The translations under genes and the position numbers were made by a program. A model generated the notes under the pieces. The model was not told the DNA's origin, searched no databases, and saw only the letters and a program-made list of their open reading frames with translations. Positions 40,237-49,318 of a stretch of DNA of 64,000 nt are shown here, one piece after another (position 1 is the stretch's first letter; each line of letters starts with the position of its first letter). The stretch spans positions 72,968-136,967 of the forward strand of contig JAHFGL010000004.1 of NCBI GenBank assembly GCA_023247445.1. The letters run 5' to 3'. The DNA comes from Candidatus Omnitrophota bacterium (lineage in GTDB: Bacteria > Omnitrophota > Gorgyraeia > Zapsychrales > Zapsychraceae).

Positions 40237-41339
40237 AATGTTCAGTTGTTTTTGATGCCCCCAATATTGGTCGAGAAGAGAAAACTTCTTTGGTGCGTAT
40301 CATAAATACGGGATATGTTTCAACGGCTGGACATTGTGTGGCTGAGTTTGAAGAGAAATTTGCTGGATATTTTGGAATTAAAAAATCCGTTGCTGTCCAA
40401 AGTGGCACGGCAGCCATTCATATTGCTCTTTGTGAATTAGGAATTGGTCCAGGCGATGAGGTGATTGTCCCGGTTATGACATTTGTAGCGACGGTTAACC
40501 CGATTATCTATAACTATGCCAAACCTGTTTTTGTTGATGTTGATCCGGCCACATGGAACATTGATAGTTGTGCCATTGAAAATCATATAAGCAAAAAAAC
40601 AAAAGCCATTTTGCCGGTACATCTTTACGGAAATCCTTGCGCGATGGATCGTATTTTATCGATTGCTCGTAAACATAAATTATATGTTATTGAAGATGCG
40701 GCGGAGAGTTTGGGGGCAACATATAAAGGACGCTACACCGGAATCTTCGGAGATATTGGATGTTTTAGTTTTAATGGCAATAAAATTATTACCACCGGTA
40801 GCGGCGGAATGGTGGTTGGCCAAAACGCAAAACGGTTACAGCACATTAAATTTCTCGTGAATCAAGCCAAAGATCCCAAGAATAGTTTTTTTCACCCAGA
40901 GGTTGGTTACAACTATCGGATGACGAACCTTCAGGCCGCTTTAGGATTGGCCCAGATGGATAAGTTGAATGATTTTTTAGCAAAGAAAAGAAACTTTAAT
41001 AAATTGTACAGAAAATATTTATCAACTATCGATGGCATCGCTTTTCAAGAGAATTTGCCGACAGCAGAAAGTTCCTGGTGGTTAACGGGCATTGTTTTAA
41101 ATAAAACCAAAGATATTACGCGTATCCAACGAAAATTAATGGAGCAAGGCATTCCAACGCGCCGAAATTTTATGCCGATCACTGACTTTCCAGCCTATAA
41201 AAAATATAAAAAAGGCCGGTATCCTCAGGCGCAGTACATTTATAAACATGGTTTATGTTTGCCGGGTTCGACATTAAATTCTTTTAAGAATATTGAACAT
41301 GTTTGTCAGATATTAAAGAAAGTGGTTTCTAAGAATTAA
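40233..41339 (+). CDS. legC: DegT/DnrJ family PLP aminotransferase (LegC-like)
   Basis: SGTAA, EDAAESLG, FSFNGNKIITTG.GG, GYNYRMTNLQAA. Confidence 0.8.
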   Translation: MKCSVVFDAPNIGREEKTSLVRIINTGYVSTAGHCVAEFEEKFAGYFGIKKSVAVQSGTAAIHIALCELGIGPGDEVIVPVMTFVATVNPIIYNYAKPVFVDVDPATWNIDSCAIENHISKKTKAILPVHLYGNPCAMDRILSIARKHKLYVIEDAAESLGATYKGRYTGIFGDIGCFSFNGNKIITTGSGGMVVGQNAKRLQHIKFLVNQAKDPKNSFFHPEVGYNYRMTNLQAALGLAQMDKLNDFLAKKRNFNKLYRKYLSTIDGIAFQENLPTAESSWWLTGIVLNKTKDITRIQRKLMEQGIPTRRNFMPITDFPAYKKYKKGRYPQAQYIYKHGLCLPGSTLNSFKNIEHVCQILKKVVSKN

Positions 41340-41978
41340 ATGAGACAAAAAGAAATTATTGTTATTGGCGGCGGTGGTCATGCCAAGGTTGTCATTAGCC
41401 TTTTGTTGGCGGATGACAATTATAAAGTGTTGGGCTATACCGATAAATCTGATCGTGGTCCAATTTTAGGTGTTAAATTTTTGGGCAATGATGAAATCCT
41501 GCCGAAACTTAAAAGTAAATATCCCAGACTTTCAGCCGCCATTGGCGTTGGAAAGGTCACGAAAGAAAATATCCGGATCGAGGTTAGAAAGAAAATATTA
41601 AAGAATGGTTTTGAGTTGCCCGTAATTATATCCAAGAAGGCATTGATTCATAAAGACGCTGTTATTGGCGAAGGTACGGTTATTAGTGATGGCGCCATTA
41701 TCCAAGTGGGGGCAAAAATAGGAGCATGCGCCATTATTAATACGGGAAGTATTGTTGAACACGATTGTGTTATTGGAGACTTTGTTCATGTGGCCAGCGG
41801 CGCGACAGTTTCTGGCGGCGTGACAATTGGTAAAAACACAATGGTTGGCGCGGGTTCCACCATTATTCAATATAAGAAAATTGGTCATGATTGTTTGATT
41901 GCCGCGGGAGCGGTTGTTGTTGATGATTGTCAATCAAATGGTTTCTATGCCGGCGTTCCGGCAGTTTTGAAAAAATAA
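41340..41978 (+). CDS. neuD: NeuD/PglD family sugar acetyltransferase
   Basis: GGGGHAKV, hexapeptide repeats, INTGSIVEHDC, GVPA. Confidence 0.85.
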   Translation: MRQKEIIVIGGGGHAKVVISLLLADDNYKVLGYTDKSDRGPILGVKFLGNDEILPKLKSKYPRLSAAIGVGKVTKENIRIEVRKKILKNGFELPVIISKKALIHKDAVIGEGTVISDGAIIQVGAKIGACAIINTGSIVEHDCVIGDFVHVASGATVSGGVTIGKNTMVGAGSTIIQYKKIGHDCLIAAGAVVVDDCQSNGFYAGVPAVLKK

Positions 41979-41980
41979 AT

Positions 41981-42997
41981 ATGCGTAAGAAAGTTTTTAT
42001 TATTGCGGAAGCGGGCGTCAATCATAACGGAAAACTTCATTTGGCCAAACAATTGGTCAATAAGGCGAAGTTAACAGGTTGTGATGCGATAAAATTTCAG
42101 ATATTTCAAGCTGATGAAATAACTTCGTCTAAAGCGAATATTGCCGACTATCAGAAGAGAAACACCAAAGGTAAATTTCACAACCAAAAGGATATGCTTA
42201 AAGAGTTGGAGTTATCCCTTGATCAATTTAAAGAACTGAAGAATTATTGCCGTGAAAAAGATATTTTGTTTTTGGCAACGCCTTTTGATGATGCCAGCCT
42301 CGCTTGGCTTGTTAAACAGAATGCGCCTATTATTAAAGTTGCTTCGGGAGAAATTACCAATCATCCGTTTTTAGAAAAGATAGCGCGTAGTCATAAGGGA
42401 ATTATTTTATCGACAGGCATGTCGAATTTAAATGAAGTCAAGGAAGCGGTTCAAACAATTTTTAAGGCTGGCAATAAGAAATTATCTTTGCTTCATTGTG
42501 TGACGGAATATCCTGCGCCTTATGATCAGATGAATTTACGGGCGATGGCAACGCTTGAAAAGACTTTTAAACTACCCGTTGGCCTTTCTGATCATACACT
42601 GGGGTTTCATATGAGTTTGGCGGCGGTGGCGCTAGGTGCAACCATTATTGAAAAGCATATTACCCTTGATAAAAATTTACCAGGACCTGATCATCGGGCC
42701 TCGTTAGATCCAACGGAATTTAAGATGATGGTTAATGCGATTCGCGATATTGAAGGAGCGCTTGGTAGTGGGATTAAAAAACCATCCGCTTGTGAAGTAA
42801 AATATCGTGATGTGGTCAGAAAAAGTATTGTCTTAACCAGTGGCGTGACGCGCGGCGAAAAGGTCACTGAAAAGGTCATTGGGATCAAGCGTCCAGCCGG
42901 CGGCATTGAACCAAAATATTTTAATAGGATTGTTGGAAAGAATTTTAAGAAAAATATGCGCGCAGGAGATATTTTGCAGTGGGGGCATCTATCATAA
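41981..42997 (+). CDS. neuB: Nonulosonic acid synthase (NeuB/LegI)
   Basis: IIAEAGVNHNG, ILSTGMS, LHC.TEYP, GLSDHT, IEKH.TLD, C-terminal SAF domain. Confidence 0.93.
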   Translation: MRKKVFIIAEAGVNHNGKLHLAKQLVNKAKLTGCDAIKFQIFQADEITSSKANIADYQKRNTKGKFHNQKDMLKELELSLDQFKELKNYCREKDILFLATPFDDASLAWLVKQNAPIIKVASGEITNHPFLEKIARSHKGIILSTGMSNLNEVKEAVQTIFKAGNKKLSLLHCVTEYPAPYDQMNLRAMATLEKTFKLPVGLSDHTLGFHMSLAAVALGATIIEKHITLDKNLPGPDHRASLDPTEFKMMVNAIRDIEGALGSGIKKPSACEVKYRDVVRKSIVLTSGVTRGEKVTEKVIGIKRPAGGIEPKYFNRIVGKNFKKNMRAGDILQWGHLS

Positions 42998-44160
42998 AAA
43001 AAAAAAAGATTTGTGTGGCGACCGGCGCCCGTTCGGATTACGGCCATCTTTATAGTTTTCTTAAGGCGATTGCGGCGGATAAGGATTTAGAGCTTGCCAT
43101 TATCGCAACGGGAATGCATTTAGCGAAAGATCATGGCCTAACGTATCGAGAGATTATTAAGGATGGATTCAAAATTAAAGCCTTTGTTCCAATTCTTTTA
43201 TTTTCAAATTCGAAAAAAGGAGTTGTTCAATCGATCGCAGAAGCGTGTAAGGGATTTTCCAAAGCTTTAAGCAATTTAAAACCAGATATGCTGGTCATTC
43301 TAGGTGATCGATTTGAAATGCTGGGGGCCGCAATCGCTGCGTACATCTTAAGAATTCCGATTGTTCATATTCATGGTGGAGAAACAACAGAAGGCGTTAT
43401 TGATGAAGGCATTCGGCACGCGATTACCAAAATGGCGACCGTTCATTTTCCAGCAACGGAAGTTTATCGAAAAAGGATTATTCAAATGGGAGAAGATCCC
43501 AGCCGTGTTTTTAACTTTGGGGCACCTGGGTTAGATATTTTAAAAGAAATGGAATTCTTAAGCCGGGAAGAGATTGCTCAAAAAATCAATTTTGATTTAA
43601 GTGGCAAGGTCGCCATTGTTACCTTTCATCCCGTTGTAGACGATGGCAAATTATTATTAACCTATGTTGATCATCTGTGTAAGGCGCTTGATTCGTTTAA
43701 AATTAAAGTCGTGTTTACACAATCTAATGCGGATGCCCAAGGCAATCTTATTAATCAATATCTAAAGAATTTTGTTAAAAAGGATCCGGGGAAATATAAA
43801 TTTTATCCAAGCCTGGGATTTAAAATGTACATGAGCTGTTTAAAACATTTTGATGTGGTCGTTGGGAATTCTTCCAGCGGCTTTATTGAAGCGCCTTCCC
43901 TTGGGATTCCAGTTGTCAATATTGGCGATCGCCAAAAGGGTCGTGTGCGCTCTCAAAATATTATTGATACAGGCTATGATCTTAATTCGATCAAGCGGGC
44001 CATCAGTAAGGCTTTAATTCCAAAGAAGAGAAAATTTATCAATCCTTATCAAAAATATAGAGATGGCAAGACAGGTTATCGCATTAAAGAAAAGATAAAG
44101 ACATTTCGTTTTGGTGAAAATGTTCTTAAGAAAAGTTTTTATGATGTCGATTTTAAATAA
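42979..44160 (+). CDS. neuC: Hydrolysing NDP-sugar 2-epimerase (NeuC/LegG)
   Basis: TGARSDYG, GMHL, LGDRFE, HIHGGE, IRHAITK, GNSSSG..EAP. Start ambiguous (GTG 42979 or ATA 42994). Confidence 0.9.
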   Translation: MGASIIKKKKICVATGARSDYGHLYSFLKAIAADKDLELAIIATGMHLAKDHGLTYREIIKDGFKIKAFVPILLFSNSKKGVVQSIAEACKGFSKALSNLKPDMLVILGDRFEMLGAAIAAYILRIPIVHIHGGETTEGVIDEGIRHAITKMATVHFPATEVYRKRIIQMGEDPSRVFNFGAPGLDILKEMEFLSREEIAQKINFDLSGKVAIVTFHPVVDDGKLLLTYVDHLCKALDSFKIKVVFTQSNADAQGNLINQYLKNFVKKDPGKYKFYPSLGFKMYMSCLKHFDVVVGNSSSGFIEAPSLGIPVVNIGDRQKGRVRSQNIIDTGYDLNSIKRAISKALIPKKRKFINPYQKYRDGKTGYRIKEKIKTFRFGENVLKKSFYDVDFK

Positions 44161-44163
44161 GCT

Positions 44164-45234
44164 ATGAAAAAGAAAGTTAAATATCTATTAATCAAAGGAA
44201 ACTTTACCGTTAAGCAGGCCATGCGGCAGTTGGCGAAGGCGGGCGAGAAGATCCTGTTTGTCGTTGATGGCAAGGCAAAGCTCGTTGGCTCTTTAACCGA
44301 TGGCGATATCCGCCGATGGATTTTAGGCGGTGGACATTTATCTTCGGCGGTTGAAAATGCCTGTAATAAGAAACCGGTGTGTGTTCCTCTAGCGTATGAT
44401 GCCGAAGCGATTAAAAGCATGATGATTAGAAGAAAGATTCAGGTTATTCCTGTCGTTAATGAAGAGAAGGTTATTGAGGATGTCCTTTTATGGAATAATC
44501 TCTTTGGACAAGCAAGACAAATAACAAAGAGAAAGATATCAACGCCCGTTGTCATTATGGCGGGAGGACGAGGTACACGTTTGGATCCTTTCACCAGGGT
44601 TTTGCCTAAGCCGCTGATTCCGCTCGGTGATAAAACGATTATTGAATCAATCATGGAACGATTTTTTAAGCATGGCGTTTTAGAATTTCATTTATCGATT
44701 AACCATAAATCACAAATGATTAAGGCTTATTTTGCTGAGATAAAACTGCCGTATAAGATTCATATGGTTGAAGAAAATAAACCGCTGGGAACCGCTGGTA
44801 GTTTAAGATTTTTAAGGAATAAATTTAAAGATTCTTTAATGGTTTCTAATTGCGACATTATTGTGGAGACTGATTATCATGAACTCGAGACGTTTCATAA
44901 GTCCAAGGGCTATGATATCACGATCGTCGGATCATTTCGGCATTTTACGATTCCTTATGGGATCTGCGACATTGAAAACGGTGGAGAACTTCTTAATATA
45001 AAAGAAAAACCCGAATACGATTTCTTGGTCAATACGGGGATGTATGTTTTAAAGCAAAAGGTGCTAAACCTGATCCCGAAAAATGAGTTTTTTAATATGA
45101 CGGATTTAATTGAAAAGGTTAAGGCCAAAGGCGGCAAGGTTGGTGTGTTTCCTATTGATGAAAAATCCTGGATTGACGTCGGTCAACTGGAAGAATATCA
45201 CCGCGTGATTAGTTTGTTGGAGCGTAAGGAATGA
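44164..45234 (+). CDS. CBS-domain nucleotidyltransferase (PtmE/LegX-like)
   Basis: TDGDIRR CBS pair plus MAGGRGTRL.P.T..LPKP, PLGTAG, WIDVG. Confidence 0.88.
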   Translation: MKKKVKYLLIKGNFTVKQAMRQLAKAGEKILFVVDGKAKLVGSLTDGDIRRWILGGGHLSSAVENACNKKPVCVPLAYDAEAIKSMMIRRKIQVIPVVNEEKVIEDVLLWNNLFGQARQITKRKISTPVVIMAGGRGTRLDPFTRVLPKPLIPLGDKTIIESIMERFFKHGVLEFHLSINHKSQMIKAYFAEIKLPYKIHMVEENKPLGTAGSLRFLRNKFKDSLMVSNCDIIVETDYHELETFHKSKGYDITIVGSFRHFTIPYGICDIENGGELLNIKEKPEYDFLVNTGMYVLKQKVLNLIPKNEFFNMTDLIEKVKAKGGKVGVFPIDEKSWIDVGQLEEYHRVISLLERKE

Positions 45235-46175
45235 AGATTGTTATTTTTGGATTAGGTTCAATTGGTTTAAAACACGCGGGAGTACTAAGTGATAATTTTT
45301 CTCATCAGTTATATGCCTTTCGTTCCAATCGAACAGAGATGACGAATAAAGGTAACATTAAGAATATTTCTTCATGGAAAGAAGTAGATCAGATTAGTCC
45401 GGATATCGCTTTAATTTCGAACCCGACAGACTTGCATATTGCAACCGCGATCGAATGTGCGCGATGTGGAATGCATCTATTTATTGAAAAGCCGTTAGGA
45501 GCCAGCCTTAAAGATTTGGATAAATTATTAGCGGTTGTGAAAAAGAAGAAGCTAGCAACGTATGTGGCTTATCTTTTAAGGTTTCATCCAGTTGTTATGT
45601 ATGTGAAGAAAATTCTTTCAGCCAAAAAGTTTTTACATATGCGGGTTGTGACAAGTTCTTATTTGCCGTCATGGCGTGCTGGAACGGATTACCGTAGCGG
45701 TTATTCAGCTTCTCGCAAAAGAGGCGGCGGCGTTATCTTAGACCTGTCGCATGAACTTGATTATATTTCTTATATTACTGATGGCGTTAAAGATGTGTCA
45801 GCTCAATTTGAGAGACGAAGTGATCTAACAATCGATGCGGAAGATTTTGCAGATATCTTGGTCAAAACAAATAAAGGTCCAGCTAATTTACACATAAATT
45901 TTTTCAGTCACATCAATAAACGCCAGATCTCGGTTGATTTTAAAGATTCTTCCCTAACAGGTGATCTTTTAGAAAATAAAGTTTGTTGGTATAAAAAGGG
46001 TAAATTGCTTAAGACGGTTAAGTTCAAGGACGGTGTTCAAGATTGTCTGCTTAAGGAATGGAAATACTTTTTATCGAATTTAAACAAGCGTCGGATGATG
46101 AACAATGTGTTTGAGGCCACGGTGCTATTTAAAAAGATGCATGCGCTAAAGACAGGAAAGACAACTTATGCTTAA
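45231..46175 (+). CDS. Gfo/Idh/MocA oxidoreductase (PtmF-like)
   Basis: GLGSIG, FIEKP, GGGVILDLSHELDY. Confidence 0.85.
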   Translation: MKIVIFGLGSIGLKHAGVLSDNFSHQLYAFRSNRTEMTNKGNIKNISSWKEVDQISPDIALISNPTDLHIATAIECARCGMHLFIEKPLGASLKDLDKLLAVVKKKKLATYVAYLLRFHPVVMYVKKILSAKKFLHMRVVTSSYLPSWRAGTDYRSGYSASRKRGGGVILDLSHELDYISYITDGVKDVSAQFERRSDLTIDAEDFADILVKTNKGPANLHINFFSHINKRQISVDFKDSSLTGDLLENKVCWYKKGKLLKTVKFKDGVQDCLLKEWKYFLSNLNKRRMMNNVFEATVLFKKMHALKTGKTTYA

Positions 46176-46878
46176 TATCCTTTTAACGATCGCGGCCCGT
46201 GGAGGGTCAAAGGGGGTTAAGAAAAAGAATATCAAACTTTTAGCGGGGCGCCCTTTAATTTCATATACGATTGCCCAGGCGAAAAGATGGGGAAAGGCCA
46301 AACATATTGTGGTCACGACCGATTCTTTAGAAATTGCTAAGGCGGCCAAGAAATTTGGCGCTGATGTTCCTTTCTTGCGGCCGAAAAATTTAGCGACTAG
46401 CACAGCATCTAAGGTCGATGTCATCAAACATGCGCTCATAGCCTCGGAAAATTATTATAAACAGAAGTTTGATGTTGTCGTGGACTTGGATGTAACGAGT
46501 CCGATAAGAACAGTTAAAGATTTAGATAACTGTTTAAAACTTTTTTTAAGAAAAAAACCGAATACTTTATTTAGTGTCGTTACGGCCAAGAAGAATCCTT
46601 ATTTTAATATGGTTGAAGAAAATAATGGCAAGGTTGTTTTATCTAAGCAATTGCCCGGCCGCATTGTTCGTCGGCAAGATGCACCCAAAGTTTATAGCAT
46701 GAACGCCTCGATTTATTTTTATGATCGTAAATATTTATTAACGGCAAAAGTTCCATCGCCTATTAATAATCGATGCTGCATGTATGAGATGGATGAGTTG
46801 TCCAGCGTTGATATCGATTCTGAACTTGATTTTAAATATATTGACCTATTGGTTAAGGAAAAATTGGTGCGCTTATGA
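46168..46878 (+). CDS. neuA: CMP-nonulosonate synthetase (NeuA/LegF/PtmB)
   Basis: ARGGSKGV..KN, TSP.R, RRQDAP, SVDID...DF. Confidence 0.92.
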   Translation: MLNILLTIAARGGSKGVKKKNIKLLAGRPLISYTIAQAKRWGKAKHIVVTTDSLEIAKAAKKFGADVPFLRPKNLATSTASKVDVIKHALIASENYYKQKFDVVVDLDVTSPIRTVKDLDNCLKLFLRKKPNTLFSVVTAKKNPYFNMVEENNGKVVLSKQLPGRIVRRQDAPKVYSMNASIYFYDRKYLLTAKVPSPINNRCCMYEMDELSSVDIDSELDFKYIDLLVKEKLVRL

Positions 46879-47669
46879 AAAATTATTCCCAAGATTTTAG
46901 TTTAGAAAACAAAGTCGCTTTCGTCTGTGGCGGCGCTGGTTTAATTGGTCGGGAAATTGCGATGGCGCTCGCTAATTTTGGCGCTAAGGTCATTGTCCTT
47001 GATGTCAATCGTACAAAGGCGATGAGTATCGTTAAAGAAATTCGGCATGCCGGTGGCAGTGCTCATTTTGAATTCTTTGACAGCACTAAACTAACCACAT
47101 TCGAGAAGAAGCTTGCTCAGTGGTACAAAAAATATTCAGGGATGGATGTTTGGGTCAATGTCACTTATCCACGCACATCCGATTGGGGACTTGCTGTTGA
47201 GAAACTAAAACTTGATTCATTTAAGAAAAATGTCGACATGCATTTAGTTTCGTATGTTTGGATGAGCCGTTGTGTGGGCTTGGCGATGAAGAAAAACAAA
47301 ATCAAAGGATCGATTATCAATTTTGGATCTATTTATGGCGTCCAGGCGAGTGACTTTACCGTTTATGAAGGCACCGATCTAACAATGCCCATGGCCTATG
47401 CCGCGATTAAGGCCGGGATTGTTAATTCCTCGCGTTATCTGGCTTCATATTTTGGTAAAGATGGAATCCGTTTTAATACGATTTGTCCCGGTGGCGTTAA
47501 AGATAATCAGCCATCGGCGTTTGTGAAAAAATATGAGCACAAGGTTCCGCTTAAACGAATGGCGGTGAAAGAAGAAATTCCTATGAGCGTTGTCTTTTTA
47601 GCCTCGAAGGCATCATCTTATATTACCGGTGAAACATTGATGGTAGATGGCGGATGGACAGTCGTTTAA
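46875..47669 (+). CDS. SDR oxidoreductase (PtmA-like)
   Basis: GGAGLIG, SIYG, YAAIK, NQP..F...Y, VDGG. Confidence 0.85.
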   Translation: MKNYSQDFSLENKVAFVCGGAGLIGREIAMALANFGAKVIVLDVNRTKAMSIVKEIRHAGGSAHFEFFDSTKLTTFEKKLAQWYKKYSGMDVWVNVTYPRTSDWGLAVEKLKLDSFKKNVDMHLVSYVWMSRCVGLAMKKNKIKGSIINFGSIYGVQASDFTVYEGTDLTMPMAYAAIKAGIVNSSRYLASYFGKDGIRFNTICPGGVKDNQPSAFVKKYEHKVPLKRMAVKEEIPMSVVFLASKASSYITGETLMVDGGWTVV

Positions 47670-47676
47670 ACAGATT

Positions 47677-48555
47677 ATGAAAAATATTAGAATCATTCCA
47701 CGCTTAGATATTAAAGGTCCCAATTTAGTTAAGGGAATTCATTTGGAGGGTTTGCGCGTTTTAGGAAAGCCCGAGCAGTATGCCAAATATTATTATGAAA
47801 CAGGGGCGGATGAATTAATTTATATGGATATCGTCGCGAGTTTGTATGGCCGTAACAGCTTGCTTAATATTATTGAAAAAACCGCGAGAGAAATTTTCAT
47901 TCCATTAACCGTTGGCGGTGGATTACGAACAATTGCTGATATTAACAATGTGTTAAGAGCCGGGGCTGATAAAGTTGCCATTAATACAGCCGCGATCCGT
48001 AATCCAGCTTTTATTAAAGAGGCCGCCAATCGTTTTGGATCATCAACGATTCTTATTTCCATTGAGGCGATCAAACAATCCGACGGACTTTATTATGCGT
48101 TTACAGATAACGGTAGAGAATATACGGGTAAGGAAGTTGTGGCATGGGCCAAAGAGGCCGCGTCCTTTGGCGCTGGCGAAATTCTTCTCACTTGCGTTGA
48201 TAACGAAGGTGCTGGATTTGGCTATGATAGTAATTTAGTTCGACAGGTCTCGGAAGCTGTTAACATTCCTGTCATTGCCTGCGGCGGCGCGGGGAAACCA
48301 GAAGATTTAGCAAAAGTTATTGGCGAAGGGAAAGCGGATGCGGTTTGTTTATCTTCGATGCTTCATTATGACTACATCGAACATCATAAGGTTGAGGGGG
48401 ATTTTTCAGCGGAAGGCAATATTGAATTCTTAAAAAGCCGGGAAATTTTTAAGAAGATAAAAAGTACAGATCTTAAAACAATAAAAACATTTTTATTTGA
48501 TGCGGGCATCTGTTGCCGTCATGAACTGAGTGCAAATTTAATGAGGGCGATTTAA
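47677..48555 (+). CDS. HisF-like cyclase paralogue (WbuZ/AglZ type) of the sugar amidino-transfer module
   Basis: RIIPRLDIKG..LVKG, VGGG, GADKV.INT, GAGEI; adjacent to HisH-like and N-acetyl sugar amidotransferase genes. Confidence 0.85.
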   Translation: MKNIRIIPRLDIKGPNLVKGIHLEGLRVLGKPEQYAKYYYETGADELIYMDIVASLYGRNSLLNIIEKTAREIFIPLTVGGGLRTIADINNVLRAGADKVAINTAAIRNPAFIKEAANRFGSSTILISIEAIKQSDGLYYAFTDNGREYTGKEVVAWAKEAASFGAGEILLTCVDNEGAGFGYDSNLVRQVSEAVNIPVIACGGAGKPEDLAKVIGEGKADAVCLSSMLHYDYIEHHKVEGDFSAEGNIEFLKSREIFKKIKSTDLKTIKTFLFDAGICCRHELSANLMRAI

Positions 48556-49239
48556 GTGAAACCAAAAGTTGCAATCATCGATTTAAATATGGGAAATTTG
48601 TTCAGCATCAAGCAGGCCTGTGCGCATGTTGGGTTAGAAACTTTTATTACGTCGGATGCGCAAGAAATAAAAATGGCTGATGCTGTTATTTTGCCAGGGG
48701 TTGGCGCCTTTGGTAATGCGATGGAACATCTCAAAGAAAAAGATTTGATTAAGACGATTCATGAGGTGATTGCGCAAGGCAAACCTTTCTTTGGCATTTG
48801 TTTGGGAATGCAGATGCTTATGTCGGAAAGCGAAGAATTTGGTCGACACAAAGGTTTAGATATTATTCCAGGACGAGTTATTCGTTTTCCAAGTCGTGGG
48901 GCTAAAGAAAATGTTATCAAAGTTCCTCAGGTCGGCTGGAATCAGGTTTATCTGGCGGATCAATTTAAATTAAATCCTGAAAGAAGTTGTTGGAGTGATT
49001 TGGCCAATGGTGAGTATATGTATTTTGTGCATTCTTATTATGTTATTCCCCAGAATTCCAATGTCGTCGCGCTGGAAACAGTTTATGAAGATGTGAAGTA
49101 TTGTTCAGGATTGGTTAAGAACAATATTTTTGCGACACAATTTCATCCTGAAAAAAGCGCTGACAAGGGAATTAAGATTTATCAGAATTGGGCTAAGTTA
49201 GTTGAGAAGTCATTAATAAAAAGTATTCTGCTACGCTAA
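48556..49239 (+). CDS. HisH-like glutamine amidotransferase (WbuY type)
   Basis: GNL.S, LPGVGAF, GICLGMQ, YFVHSY, QFHPEKS. Confidence 0.88.
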   Translation: MKPKVAIIDLNMGNLFSIKQACAHVGLETFITSDAQEIKMADAVILPGVGAFGNAMEHLKEKDLIKTIHEVIAQGKPFFGICLGMQMLMSESEEFGRHKGLDIIPGRVIRFPSRGAKENVIKVPQVGWNQVYLADQFKLNPERSCWSDLANGEYMYFVHSYYVIPQNSNVVALETVYEDVKYCSGLVKNNIFATQFHPEKSADKGIKIYQNWAKLVEKSLIKSILLR

Positions 49240-49318
49240 ATGCTTCCGCGTTAAGCTTCGCAGGAATTCCTACGAAGCTCAAACATGAAAATATTTGAGC
49301 GAAGTAGAAAGGAGTCGT

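Noticed and set aside
47677-49239. hisF/hisH as histidine biosynthesis genes
   Set aside because: They sit in a glycan operon next to an N-acetyl sugar amidotransferase with no other his genes, which is the known WbuXYZ-type ammonia-supply module.
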